DNA from: Mesotaenium endlicherianum
Lineage: Eukaryota
Length of the DNA stretch: 60,280 bases
Direction of reading: 5' to 3'
Assembly (NCBI GenBank): GCA_009602735.1
Contig: WELA01002258.1
Span: 295,302-355,581 of the forward strand
In this document: positions 16,052 to 27,818 of the stretch, in pieces
Position numbering within the stretch: the first letter of the stretch is position 1
How the letters are laid out: each line of letters opens with the position of its first letter
Position numbers and translations under genes: made by a program
Notes under the pieces: model-generated
Told to the model about the DNA's origin: nothing
What the model saw: only the letters and a program-made list of their open reading frames with translations
Database searches by the model: none

Positions 16052-17150
16052 GTGTGCCCATACACACTCACGCACCCTCACCCGCAAGTGGTAGCGTGCA
16101 CGAGGATCTTTCCTAGTTGCCTACACAAGGTGGAGTAGCCCGGTTGAAGTGATTTGAGTTATAATATATTAGTTTGCATATATTTTAATGCTTTTGAATA
16201 TATTTGGAGTAGTATTGTGTGGAGTCAAGTGTGAATAGATACTCTAGTGATTTGGTTCATGACCTTTGAACCTCGTAAGGCATTTTCAAAATTAGAGGAA
16301 GGACCTAGAAGAACTCCATGTGGCGAAAGTCAAATGTGCCATTTTTAGGTCAAAAGAACATGTGTACATTATTCTACAAAGAGGTGGCAAGTTTTGGGAT
16401 GTGTTGGGTGCCAACACATCAACATGCACCTTTCTAGAAATTAGTTATGTAGCAAGTATATAAACAAGAGCTAGAACATAGAAAGTCATTCCCGAATCAC
16501 TATTGTACTTTCCAAAATCCAAAAATATATTTATTTTCAAGAAGTCATCTCTCTTTCAAGAAGCTACCACTAGTGTTCAAAGATCCTTGTCTTGAATAGA
16601 TAAAGTATAATATTTCACTAAGAACTTTGTCTATCTGTTTCACTACACCGGTGGTGTGCCACCCTTGTTAGGATAAAAGAGCTGCATGAGAGAGGAGTAG
16701 AAAAGAACTCACTTGGTTAAGAAAAGTCGTGTGTACAAGGTGCAAGCTTTCAGGACTCCAAGCTTCAAGTTCTCTAGAATCATTTTACTACTTTGTGTTT
16801 CCTATTTATACTTCAACTCTAAGTGTCCTCTCTAGCAAAGTACCTCCAAAACCTTCTTCTATGGTTCCCTTCCATGTAGATGACTTTGCCATGTTTGATG
16901 TTGGACAAGCTAGCATAATCACATACACATGATCACACACTCTAGATTCTTCCAACGTGTAACCTCCAAACTCCTCACGAATTTTAGAGATTCCAAAATC
17001 ACCTTGGCACTCTACGTGATTGTACATAGCTTCTGGAACCACTATAATTCAGTGTTCTAGTCTTCAGACTCCAATTCAAGTTTTTGACACTTGAGCTTCC
17101 AATGTCATGACATTAATTCTTTAACACTTCAGATTCATTAAAATTCCCAA
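16052..17150 (-). mobile_element. Older, diverged family-A LTR copy interrupted by a solo LTR
   Basis: gtgtgcccatacacactcac...ggagtagcccggt resumes after the insertion as ggtgtgccacccttg...aagaactcac...ggacaagctagca, collinear with 33169-33750. Confidence 0.8.
16145..16647. mobile_element. Solo LTR, family B, 503 bp
   Basis: Starts TG (tgaagtg) and ends CA (cactaca). Perfect 5-bp TSD CCGGT at 16140-16144 and 16648-16652. A reverse-complement copy lies at 48717-49219. Confidence 0.9.
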
Positions 17151-17160
17151 TACTCATATG

Positions 17161-19626
17161 TAGCGATGCGAAAAAAAAGTAACTCGAGGTACTTTGATCG
17201 CGCGCCAATCGTACTTATACAATTCAAACCAACACTTATATCGCTCCATGCAAGGTGTTGCACGCGCCGCATCCGGCCACGCGGATCGTTACACTCCTCC
17301 TACCTACAAGTGTGCACGTCCCGGGCACTCATGCTCCGACACTTGTGAGGGACATTGTTTCAGGATAGTGTCCTTTCTTTGCACAATCCAAAGATCGCCG
17401 TACGATCGTATCATCGACGAGTTTTGCACCCCGCGGGTTGAACCCTTGTCTCCAGGACACGGTTGCGTACGTTCGCGCTCCAATACCAATGTAGCAATAC
17501 GAACGAAAAGGTAACTCGAGGTACTTTGATCGCGCGCCAATTGTACTTATACAATCCAAACCAACACTTCTGTCGCTCCACGCGCCGCATCCGGCCATGC
17601 GGCGGATGGTTACGTTATATCTTTCTTAATAGTTATTCAAACCGCATGAAATAAGTTCCAATTTTTTTTTTAAAGCACGTCTGAAATGAATCTCGCTTAT
17701 TCAAGATTGATATATTTCACTTAAATATATAAGATCAGAGATAAGTGGAAGCGTGTGAAATCAGGGAGCGATCTTCGCCCTTATAATGAATTCCGTTTAC
17801 TCATCTATAACCCTTGTGTCACTTACCGTAGTGTGCCATAGTCGCACACTAATACAAGGCACAAGAAAGAGGCGAGCTTGAGAACTAGAGCTTCTCTTTT
17901 GGAAACTCATGGCCTCTTGCTTACCAGGCATACAATCATGTATAAGCACATACACAATATCAGGGGATTGAATAGCAAAGGTGCTCTCATTCAGATGACC
18001 ATAAAGTAGCTAAAACACATCCCACTGACTTAGGTGCAAAACCATGGAATCTGTCTGCTGTGTGACCTCGAAATGTCAGAGGGCATAACTTTGTCAATAC
18101 TACTTCAAATTAAGCAAACTTAATAGCAACGAATGCATCTTGACAAGACCTTTTTGAAAAGTCCTAGTTCGCTCCATTTGAAGCGCAGACGAAGCAACCA
18201 TGTCAATTTCCGTGAAGGCTGGTCATTAAAACGAACCCCAAAAGTGCACACATGACTTGCAAGTAGAAATCCGACTGTAAAGCCTACTGCCCAGAATGAG
18301 GGACCACAAGATCCCAGCCTGCTATGTACCTAGTGACCACCTGGTTGACCACAGCGCAAGGTGCGCCGTTTCGTGGGAAACCCGTTCAGTTGGGACCCAC
18401 AAATCTAGGTATAACGACCGAATTAATTGGTCGGTTGACTGAAGTCCTAACTGTTCAGTTGACTGACGACGGCTCCGCCTACCCAGGAGTTAACCACACT
18501 GGTAGGACATCAGTTTACCGAGTCTCAGTCGACCTCCCGACTTTCAATATACTACGGTCACATGTGCCAATCTACAGATAATAATTTAAATGAATATTTT
18601 TATCCTCAACGTACAAGCTAAGTATATTGACTAATATCAAACGAACTTACTATATGTCAACCTACTGATTATATCCTATATATGACTGATATATAAATCT
18701 CAGCGAACCATAACAGGATACAAAAGCCATCCTGCTGCCCTTTTCATCATAGTCAACAAACTACACTATGATACAAAAGTCATCCTGCTGAACTTTTTGA
18801 CAAAGTAAGTAGACTTGCATTATATTGAAATACATTCATTTAGATGAACTCGCACATGTGAGTATATTCACATAATACTTATTTAGTGTTGTATTATACA
18901 TGCAATTAATTAAATAAATAATGAACTGATTCATTACAACGTCATATGCACATAAAATCTCCAAACAAATACAAAATATACTTTCACAACTTATATTTGC
19001 CCTGAAAATGGAAAATCTGCGCAAAACAAATGTTCGGGAGATTTCCACCAACTTCGGATATGCACGGCAGATCCCAGGCTAAAACCACCAAATTCTCTAC
19101 ATTATAATTTTTGGATGCATAATTGATCCTAAAACTTGAAGGACAAATATGGTCAGATTTCTCTAATTATCCTAACTTTTTAGAGATAGTTTGTGCATTT
19201 AGTGATCGCTTCAAAACGCGAAAAGTCCGTGCATGATCATTCAATAGTATTTTTGTAATCTCTTAGTTTAATCACACAAATTCTAAACAATATTTTTGGG
19301 GAGAGACTGGGGTAAGGGCAGCAAGGTAAAGATGGTTCTATAATAGTTGATCATGAATGGCTAATCCATGGGGTGCAACTTTGGACAAAATAAATAAAAA
19401 AACAAAAGAAAACAGTATCAAAACTTGTGCACAAATTGCACAATTTTTTTTGTAAAATGGCATCGTGACCAATTATGCGTAGCAATCTGCCATGTAGCCA
19501 ACTGCAGCGCGTGCGACACGTCGCGTGGAACCATCGAATGTGACCGAAAATTGTCAGTTTAAAGTATATAATTACAATTGGCGCGCGATCAAAGGACCTC
19601 GAACTACCTTTTTTTTGTATCACTGC
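17161..19626. mobile_element. Non-autonomous TIR DNA element (hAT-like termini), decayed
   Basis: Left end tagcgatgcgaaaaaaaagtaactcgaggtactttgatcgcgcgccaat is an imperfect inverted match to 19560-19626 (revcomp cagtgatacaaaaaaaaggtagttcgaggtcctttgatcgcgcgccaatt). The left subterminal block is duplicated at ~17506-17610. The 8-bp flanks ctcatatg/ccggtatg match only 5/8. Confidence 0.55.
17679..18940 (+). repeat. Interspersed repeat, family C (~1.2 kb)
   Basis: Collinear with the reverse complement of ~38220-39402. The ORF-track translations 18324-18581 and 38520-38762 are homologous (QGAPF.GK.V.LGPTNL...VDLPTF..LRSHV). Confidence 0.8.
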
Positions 19627-20596
19627 CGGTATGTGTGAAAACAGCGTAATATCAACAAATAAATCAAGAAGTAACGACAAAAGAGTGAAACTTGACCATT
19701 TGTCCCACTTTATGAAATCTTTAATTTTTTGAATTGTTGAAATGATCCAAATTTGAACTTGTCATAACTTATACTTCTCAATGCCTTGTATCTTGCCAAT
19801 ATTTTGTCAAGGACGATGCAGAATACCTAGAATCAACAATGTAAACTAAACATGTAAGGCTGGTGGAGAAATGTGGTCTCCATCGTGAAATCTAAGCTAA
19901 TGAAATGTGACAACATTTGTTTCACATTTTAATCTGTTTTGAAATCGGTTAGTTGTTGAAAGACAAATCTCTAAATATTACGTTTTCACCTTAATGGCGG
20001 ATATGTTTTTGAAGATTCAATAGCATATCCATTTGAAGTTCCACCCAGCACCGCTGGGATCCAAAATGAGGCTTGATATTATTGACTACTATTGCATTCT
20101 ACCACTTGCAAGAATGTTTGTTTAATAACTCATCATTCATTTTGTAGTTCACGTTTTAGACACAATACATGTCACAAAGTTGAAGTTCAGGTGGAAGGGA
20201 GCCAATGTATTAGAGTGTTCCTATGTTGCAAAATGCGCATCATACACCCTAAAAATGGTGCAATGTCGTAGCGCAAAGTTTATTTGCTTTTTGGAAACTT
20301 AGTCCTTAATTGGTGGAAATTAAATTTTGGATTGAAATAACCAGATCAAAATTTTAGATTTCTCAAATTGTTACAAATCTCACTAGTAATAACACACATT
20401 CTTTTCATTCATTTCATAACTTACATTCATACTTCGTATGTCTAAGATGCTTACAATTATTAGATGCTTAACCCTTACGCGAACAAAAAACTCGAGAGTT
20501 GTTAATTCAATAACACAATTGTTACGGGACCTGTTTGTGATTTCTCCAAATTGATTCACAAATAAATTATAACCCAAAATCAAAAAATAAAATACA

Positions 20597-21840
20597 TGTT
20601 GCGACTACTATCCGTTTGACGGTGTCACACGCGCAGCGCAAGCTACGGCCACCCAGATACGGAAAGTCAACGATGACTCACCGACCACTTGACTGATTAC
20701 GTCGCAGTCAGCAGTTATGTCAGCGTCAAGACCATTGGCAAGGGGTCAATGTCAATATGCTCCACACCCAGGAATGGGGGAGGTTTTGACAGCATAGACA
20801 GCCGCGAGGCTAGAAGCTGGGGATCAGTGATGAGCCGCCCAGCAGGTACCAAGTCAGGTACTGCGTGACTGGCAGAATCTGCCAGGTCATGGCCGCAATG
20901 CCAAGATAGGTTACGGCCGCCCGGTTGGGAATCTTGAGCAAGTGCATTTGCTTGTACACGCCGCTCAGGAGTTCTTAGCCATGAGCCAATTAGGCGTGAC
21001 TGCCAGCTGAGAAGCTAAGCAGCCAAGCGCGACAGTCACCAGGTGTGCATGCATGCTGAGTGACTACGAGTTTGAGTTGAGCATGGCTAGGCAGAAGCGA
21101 CATGCAGCTGAGCTTTGTGACTAAGCATGGCATTCTCGGAAGATGACGCTGTGGTGCCTGCGAAAGGCACGAATCTTGCCTGAGACATGTCATTTACTCT
21201 CACGCACCTTTGCCAAGGAGCAGAAGGAGCAGAAGGAAGGAGAAGAAGGACGCGAAGAAGAACAAGGAGTTCCCAAGGCCATTGGAGAGCCGAAGCCCCA
21301 TGCTTCTGCCGACGCTGAAGATTCTTCTCAGTGTATCATAGATAAGTTAGGATTGTAGGAGTTCCCAAGAGGGAATCTCACTGTTGAAAGTAGGAGAACC
21401 ACGGAATAAAATGTGCTAGGAAATTAGCACAGATTCGGCCGAACGCCACAAACGTGTGTGAAGCAGCATTAAAATGGTGAGTTGTGTGTTAATCTCCAAG
21501 TTCTCAGAAGTCGCATTTGCATCTCAAAGAGAGAGAGTGGTATTGACAAATAAAGCTCTCAGTGAAGAACTGAGTGAGCCTAGCCTGACAGTGAAGAGCT
21601 GTTAAGGCGCGGTGTTAAGTGAAGAGCTTGACCCAGGCCAGCATAGACGTGTAGTTTCAGAGTGTTGTAAGCTGTGACTTTGTGAAAGTTAAGCGAAAGC
21701 CTGAAGGGCGATTTTCTCCGAATCTGACGTTGTATGTCAAGATGCTTAGAGTGTGATTTCTGCAAACTACAATTTGCTCGTCTGTGAACCCAAGAACCTT
21801 AAGGCATAAAACCTATGTGGAAGTACGAGACTTCCGTCCT
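20597..21840 (+). repeat. Terminal repeat segment A1 (1244 bp)
   Basis: tgttgcgactactatccgtttgacgg...gacttccgtcct, a direct repeat of 31162-32403. Confidence 0.95.
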
Positions 21841-21854
21841 ACTTCTGAGAACTT
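21841..21854 (+). promoter_or_regulatory. Putative self-priming primer-binding site (Tf1/sushi type)
   Basis: acttctgagaactt follows A1 immediately and is the exact reverse complement of aagttctcagaagt at 21498-21511 inside the repeat. No TGG-initiated tRNA-type PBS is visible directly after A1. Confidence 0.7.
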
Positions 21855-21963
21855 CGATTCTGTGGTTCAGGTGAACAGAAATTCCCAAGCAAATTGGGGA
21901 TTGAGGCCTGTGAGGGCTGCCGGTGCTCAACCTGGAAATGGACCTGGAGAAATTCAACTGTAC

Positions 21964-23625
21964 ATGCGGTTGAGGAGTGGAAGACTCTACTACCCTGTGG
22001 AGCCTGCGGAAGGTTCTGATTCAAGCCAGAGTCCACAAGGAAGTGAGACATCTGAGCGCACGAATAACCTGTGGAGTGAGCAACCGTTGGGAGACGAGTC
22101 TCGCCATACTGCCACGAACGGTGAGAATCCGTATAACACGCAAGCCTTTGTACCCAATTTGGGCAGAGAGCACAACGTGTGGGGTAAAGTTAGTGAGTCT
22201 TGGTCGCCTTTCGAAATGACTGGTGATGATAAGGATGAAAATCCTAAGTTCAAGCTGTCTACAAAGTGTTTTAGTGGACGAACCGGTGGAAATAGTCTCA
22301 CTTTCGAAGAGTTTGAAGAGATCTATTGGGCTAATTTCTTTGAGACAATCCAAAAGGATTCTTCTTACACTCAGTCAGTCGCTTTTATAAGCTTGGTTCA
22401 ATACTTGGACAAGGATGCCTTGTTGCTTTATCGCCAATTCCGGAAGGATGAGAACCTTACCCAGGAATGGGCGTTTGACAAGCAAAAGAAGGCGATGAAC
22501 TTAAAAATCCAGAAAGAGGTTGCGAAAGCCCGCCTGTACGCTTTGTCATTAGGAAGAGCGATACCTGCTGCACCTGTTGAGAGCGTAGACTTAGCTGCAC
22601 TAACACACGAATTAACAGATGCCATGAGGTAACTCACCGAGGGTCAGCAGCGAGCGGCTACTCGAGATGATGATGCTGGGTCTGTCGCAGAATTGCGAAA
22701 AGTGTGTGCAAAATTGTCTAAAAAGATTGCTAATGCTCAGGAACGAGTAACGCGCAGGGCTGCACCTTTTACAGGGCAGCATGGTGATAGTGCCACCACG
22801 GAAGCAAGCCATGCGCAAGCGTTGGCTAGTTGCCGTAGGGATATGGAGGCTGGGGATGACCAGTTAGACTCTGAGCACAGTCTGCGTCGTTTCTTTAAGT
22901 TGCTTGAAGCAAAATTCCCAGAGGATCGCAGTCTTAAGGTGCACCGTTATGTGCATTTTGTCCGTCAGAAGAACGAGACAGTGATGGAGGTCAAATCCAG
23001 ATTGGTAGACCTTGCCAAGAAGGCAGGAATCTATGAGCCTAGGATTGTGGCTGACAAATTCTTATTGTGTCTAGGTAAAGACACAGATCGGGAGGTCAGG
23101 CCGCACCTATCTACGAAACGCGGAATCGACTGGAACATCGACGAAGCTGCTGAAATAGCACGCAATGTCGAGGAAGGTAAAGTCTGGTAGAAGGAGGCTT
23201 CCAAGACGCTTATGGCTCCTGAGAGAAAGGAAAAATCCTTTCAACCTAAGGCCAATAGCTCTAATTTTCAGTTTAAGAAGAAGAGCGCGTCTTTCAACAG
23301 GTTTGCTAAGCACGCCAACACTGCTGAGATAGCTTAGGGCTGTTGGAATTGCGGGAAATCTAGACATCAGAAGAGAGAATGTGCGTACCCGGATGCTAAG
23401 CAATTGTCTGCTAGCAAGGCGCAGGTATGCGCACATTGCAGCAAAAAGGGACACTCAGAAGATGAGTGTTGGTCCAAGAATCCAAATTTGAAACCACCAT
23501 GGGCTAATGCTGCCACGAAAGAGGCAGATAAGGGTAAGAAAAAGGAGAAAGATAACTCTGGTAACCGAAAGGGTAACCAGAAGTATGATGCTATGAGTGC
23601 AGAGATCGCAGAGTTGAAAGTTTAA
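21964..23625 (+). pseudogene. gag: gag with two CCHC zinc knuckles, interrupted by in-frame stops
   Basis: One frame across ORFs 21784-22632, 22693-23190 and 23404-23625. Contains FVRQKNETVMEVKSRL, CWNCGKSRHQKREC (~23341) and CAHCSKKGHSEDEC (~23428). Confidence 0.85.
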
Positions 23626-24042
23626 TCTGCAAGACTAAATGTGCCTAATGTCTATTATGATGCAGATGTGGCCGAAAAGACCGTCTGCAAAGGCGAGAAG
23701 CTGACGCTTGAGAAGGCAGTGACTGCAACGGCTGCGGAGCGCGCAGATCATGACCGTCTGGTTCCAAGGAATGCTGGGAAGCTTCCTCAGACTTTTCAGA
23801 TCACCCTCGATGAGAAGAAGATTGCGCAGCTACGACAAGCCAAGCCTGAGCCACGCAAGACATTTAGTTTTTCGCTGGAGAAGCTGAAAGCTCTGGTGGA
23901 ACACTGAATTCAGCACATTCCTTGTCTTTCACTTGCTGATCTGCGTCTTACGTATCCTTTCACGGTCGAAGAAGCCGGACAGCAGCTGGACATAGCTGAG
24001 GAAGGCGCGAACAGCGCTTCGCTGCCTACTAATTTCAGCACT

Positions 24043-24460
24043 GTGAGAGTGCAGAACAAGGATAGAGTTTTGACGTTCAACGACTGGGCCGCTCCCAATC
24101 TCCTATGGGACACCGGCGCACAGCCAGTAATCTTGGGAAAGCGAGCTGTGAAAGCTCTGGGATTGACGGCAAGGGACCTGAAAGAAAGTCCTTTTCAGTT
24201 GAGGACTGCATCTGGGCAGATTTCAAAGTCTTGTGGAATCACCCGCAAGCCTGTGAAAATCACAGTAAACTTGGGGAAACCTGAAGAGGCGTCACTGCTC
24301 ATAGAATGCACGGTGACAGAGGCAGAGAACTATGATGTTCTCTTGGGGACAAAAGCCCTGATTCCCCTGGGTATGGTCATCGACCTGCGGAAGCAGAGGG
24401 TAACTTACCAGTCGACAGATCGGCAGCCGTCAGGAGAAATTCCTGTAAAAATGGTTTGCT
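24043..24460 (+). pseudogene. Retroviral-type aspartic protease domain
   Basis: LLWDTGAQPVILG (DTG at 24109-24117), flap LRTASG, and YDVLLGTKAL. Confidence 0.9.
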
Positions 24461-24756
24461 CAGGAGAGGCGAACTACGGACTGCTAGACTGTTGTGTGAA
24501 TGACCGGTATCCAGACCATTATGACCTCATCATGCAACGCAAAGAGGAGGGCTACACCAGCGTCAACATGCCGACTCCCTTGGCTTGGCAACCTCGGATT
24601 ATGGAACAACTGGAAGCTGTGAGTAACGGGGACCGTGGCCCGCAAGAGCTGCTGCCAGTTCCTTATCCAGTTAAGTCTGCTGCCACTTTGATGCCTGGAG
24701 TAGACCCGCTGCCGCAAGGCATTGTGAGGATGGAAGATCCTCTTTGCAGGAAAGGA

Positions 24757-25720
24757 GTAGTAGTACTGGAATTGTTTGCCGGACTTGGTTCTGGAACCAT
24801 CTCACTGATTCAACGAGGTATCCGGGTAATCCAAAGTGCTGTATGTGGACAATGATGAGAGTGCCTTCACAGCATTTAAGGAGGTCATGAGTCAGATGCG
24901 GCAAATGTACCATTTCAAGGCATTGGTGCCTACTAGTTTGGTGCGTCTTGCTGGAGGAAACATCCTCGATGTGAAGTCTGAGGACCTGTATGGTGACAGG
25001 ATTGACTGGATTTTTACGGGATTCCCTTATCAACCTTTCTCGCAAACTGGGAACACGAGGGGATTTAATGACCTGCGAGCATAACACTGGGGACGGATGG
25101 TGAAAATCATCAGTATGCTGCGGGAACTCCAGCATCTCTACCCACCAGTGTTTGTGATTGAGAATGTACATCCGAGGATGGATTATAACCAGATGAAGCC
25201 AGGAGATCCATGGCTGGTCTTCGACTCCACCCTGGGTCATCATGTATTAATCAACGACGCCGGGCACGGAGGACTCTCACACCGAGCCAGACTATTCTGG
25301 ACCCACGGCATGTCCATGAAATCCTGAGGGAGATGGAGGAGATTACGCGGCGCACACCAACGGCAGTATCTGTGGGAGAAGCACTGATGGTGGAAACCAA
25401 GCCAGTGATCATGAGGGATTCCTACCCACAGTACGTCGTCAGCGAGCCAGGCCGGCCAAGGGTGGTGCTGCCCACCTTCACGGCATACCCAGGATCACGC
25501 GCATTTGTGAATGGAGGACCAAGAATGGTCAAGAATGCGCACGACAGGGAAGCTCAGTGGAGAGAGCCGACAGCTGAAGAGAAGGGAAGGTGCCTGGAGG
25601 TACCCAACTCCATTGCACAAGAAATTGTTGCGATAGTGGGACAGGACAACGCTGGGAAGATATTTGGCAATATGATTGGGCATCACTCCATGACGTGGTT
25701 GGTGGAGACGATTATGACTT
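24757..25720 (+). pseudogene. C5 DNA cytosine methyltransferase domain inside the pol region (disrupted)
   Basis: Motifs in order: I VLELFAGLG (FAGLG at 24775), II YVDND, III GNILDV, IV TGFPYQPFSQTG (25028 TAT where catalytic Cys is expected), V GFNDLR, VI FVIENV (25160), VIII SHRARLFW (25280), IX REPTAEEKGRCL, X IFGNMI (25666). Frameshifts near 24833 and 25310, stop at 25082. Confidence 0.9.
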
Positions 25721-27818
25721 GGCAGCAGATGACGTTCTCTGACAAGCCTATGCCCAGGCCGAGACCAGTAAGGATTGGAGTCCATGTGGTGCCAACCTCT
25801 GATCAGAGAGCTATCACAGAAGCGCATCAGCGACAAGAAGAATATGGTGTTGAAAGGGACGCAGCTGAGGCTGACCAAGGTGAAGCACTCAGAGAAACCA
25901 GAGTAGCAGAGCTGACCAGGTGTCAAGACCTACTGGCACGAATTGACAATCGGATGACAGCTCTACACGTCCCTCTGGAAAGAGAGTTGCGAAGGCTGCG
26001 GGAAGACGTAGCCATGGAAGACCAGGCAACTGGTGAAGCAAATCCTTTGGCGAGCGCTGCAGCAAGCAAATCACAGGAGGTCCCATTCTCTGCAGAACGC
26101 TGCCGAATGGGAGGAAGAGACCACTTCTGAGTTACGAAACATGGCCCAAGACCAGGTCTACGGAAGCCCATCCCCAGACGCGGCAACGTCAAGATATGAA
26201 GAACGCAAGTGCAATATTGGCGAATGGGCCAAAGAATGCAGTCAGAATTTAGGAAATTTTGGAGGGTCTGGAAAGACCATTTGCCTGGAGGTGATTTTTG
26301 AAGAACGCAGGAAGGAGACGGTCGAGAGATTGCCCGCCACACCTGTTTTGATGAGCCCAAAGCCAGAGGCCAAAGGGCAACCACAAGGCACAGTTGGCAG
26401 CACAGCTGAGTCGATCACCAGGCAAATTATGGAGCAGTTGCTGGAAGCAGACGCCCCTTGATTCAAGGAAGAGAAAGTGGCGAAAGCAGCTCGCGCTCTA
26501 CAGTCAGCCATCATCAACATGGCGAGGCTCAACACAGGAGGGGATGAAGAATCGCCGCCTCCTGGAACAGAGAAGTCGGAGGAGGGAGAGGATACAGAAT
26601 GCAAGGCCTCTCAGAGTTGGAGTTGCCATTACTCAATAATGGAGGGGACGCCAGGGAAGAAATTCCACGTTTTCCCACGCCAGAGTTGGATCTGCTTGAC
26701 TTACAGGAGCTGAGGACAGACGACTGGGTAGCTGACCACCTGATGGGGCCAAGCCCGGACGACTTTTATGAAGAATTAAGGTCACCAACATCCAGTACTT
26801 CTACTGCCAGTCTTTCAGTGGCAGAACCCAAGTCAACCGCACGACCGCCGCAACGGCAGGAGGTGACTGCCTGCACTGCTAAAGTGGAGACAGCGCAAGG
26901 TAAGCTCGAGGGTTGCGCAAGCAAACCAAGGAAGGTGGCCCGTGAGGGTAACGCATCTTTTAGGAGGATGCTAAAGCGATATTTCAAGCATAGAGAAGGC
27001 TCAGAGAGAGGGCGTTCCGCGAGGAACCACAGTCCCACCTCCTCCGACTCTGCGGGATATTCTGCAGAGAGAGGGAGAGGACGGCTTGATTCGCATGGCA
27101 ATGGCATTGGGCATTAGTGTGCCGCCAGGCATTAACACGCCCTTGTTGCAACTATCAGATCTTAGGATGCAGAGGCTGGAGGCACCTGCTCCCATGACAC
27201 CTGCAATTCTAGGATGGGAAATGATGGACCTGGGAAACACCATCAGCCGCCTGACCGCAGCAAATGATGCTTTCCTCGCACGACTAGCGGCACCTCCAAG
27301 GTCGCAAACGTTGACGCAGACATGGACGGCCACACCACCCGCAAGGAAGGAGTATGGCACGACCGTCGCCCGCATGGCTATTATTGAGCAGAGTGGGGCT
27401 GGGTAATCAACCCTAGGACAGATCCTGCAGGTTGGCCAATGGCAAACCAACCTCGGCCACGTGAAGAAGGAGGAACCGAGACCAGTTGGATTGCAATTGA
27501 TGAGGAAATGTTCTTGAGGCAACCCATCCGGAGGCGCCTGACGTACACCTCACCGCAGGAGAGGCGACGCGTCATTGGGAAAGGAAAAAAGCCGAGGAAA
27601 CAGGCTGCAAAACCTATGGCAACGAAGGAGCAAGCTGCAAAGCTCGCTACCCCACCTCCTAAGAATCAGGCGGAAAAGCCTGAGAGCCAGAGTCAGGCAG
27701 AAAAGCCTGAGGGCCAGGATGAGAGCGAAAAGCCCCCACCTGCACCCAAGGAGTAGCAACTACTGGATGCTTTGTTGGGGAGAAGCAACCTGAAACTGAG
27801 ACTTTTGCCATTGGGAAA

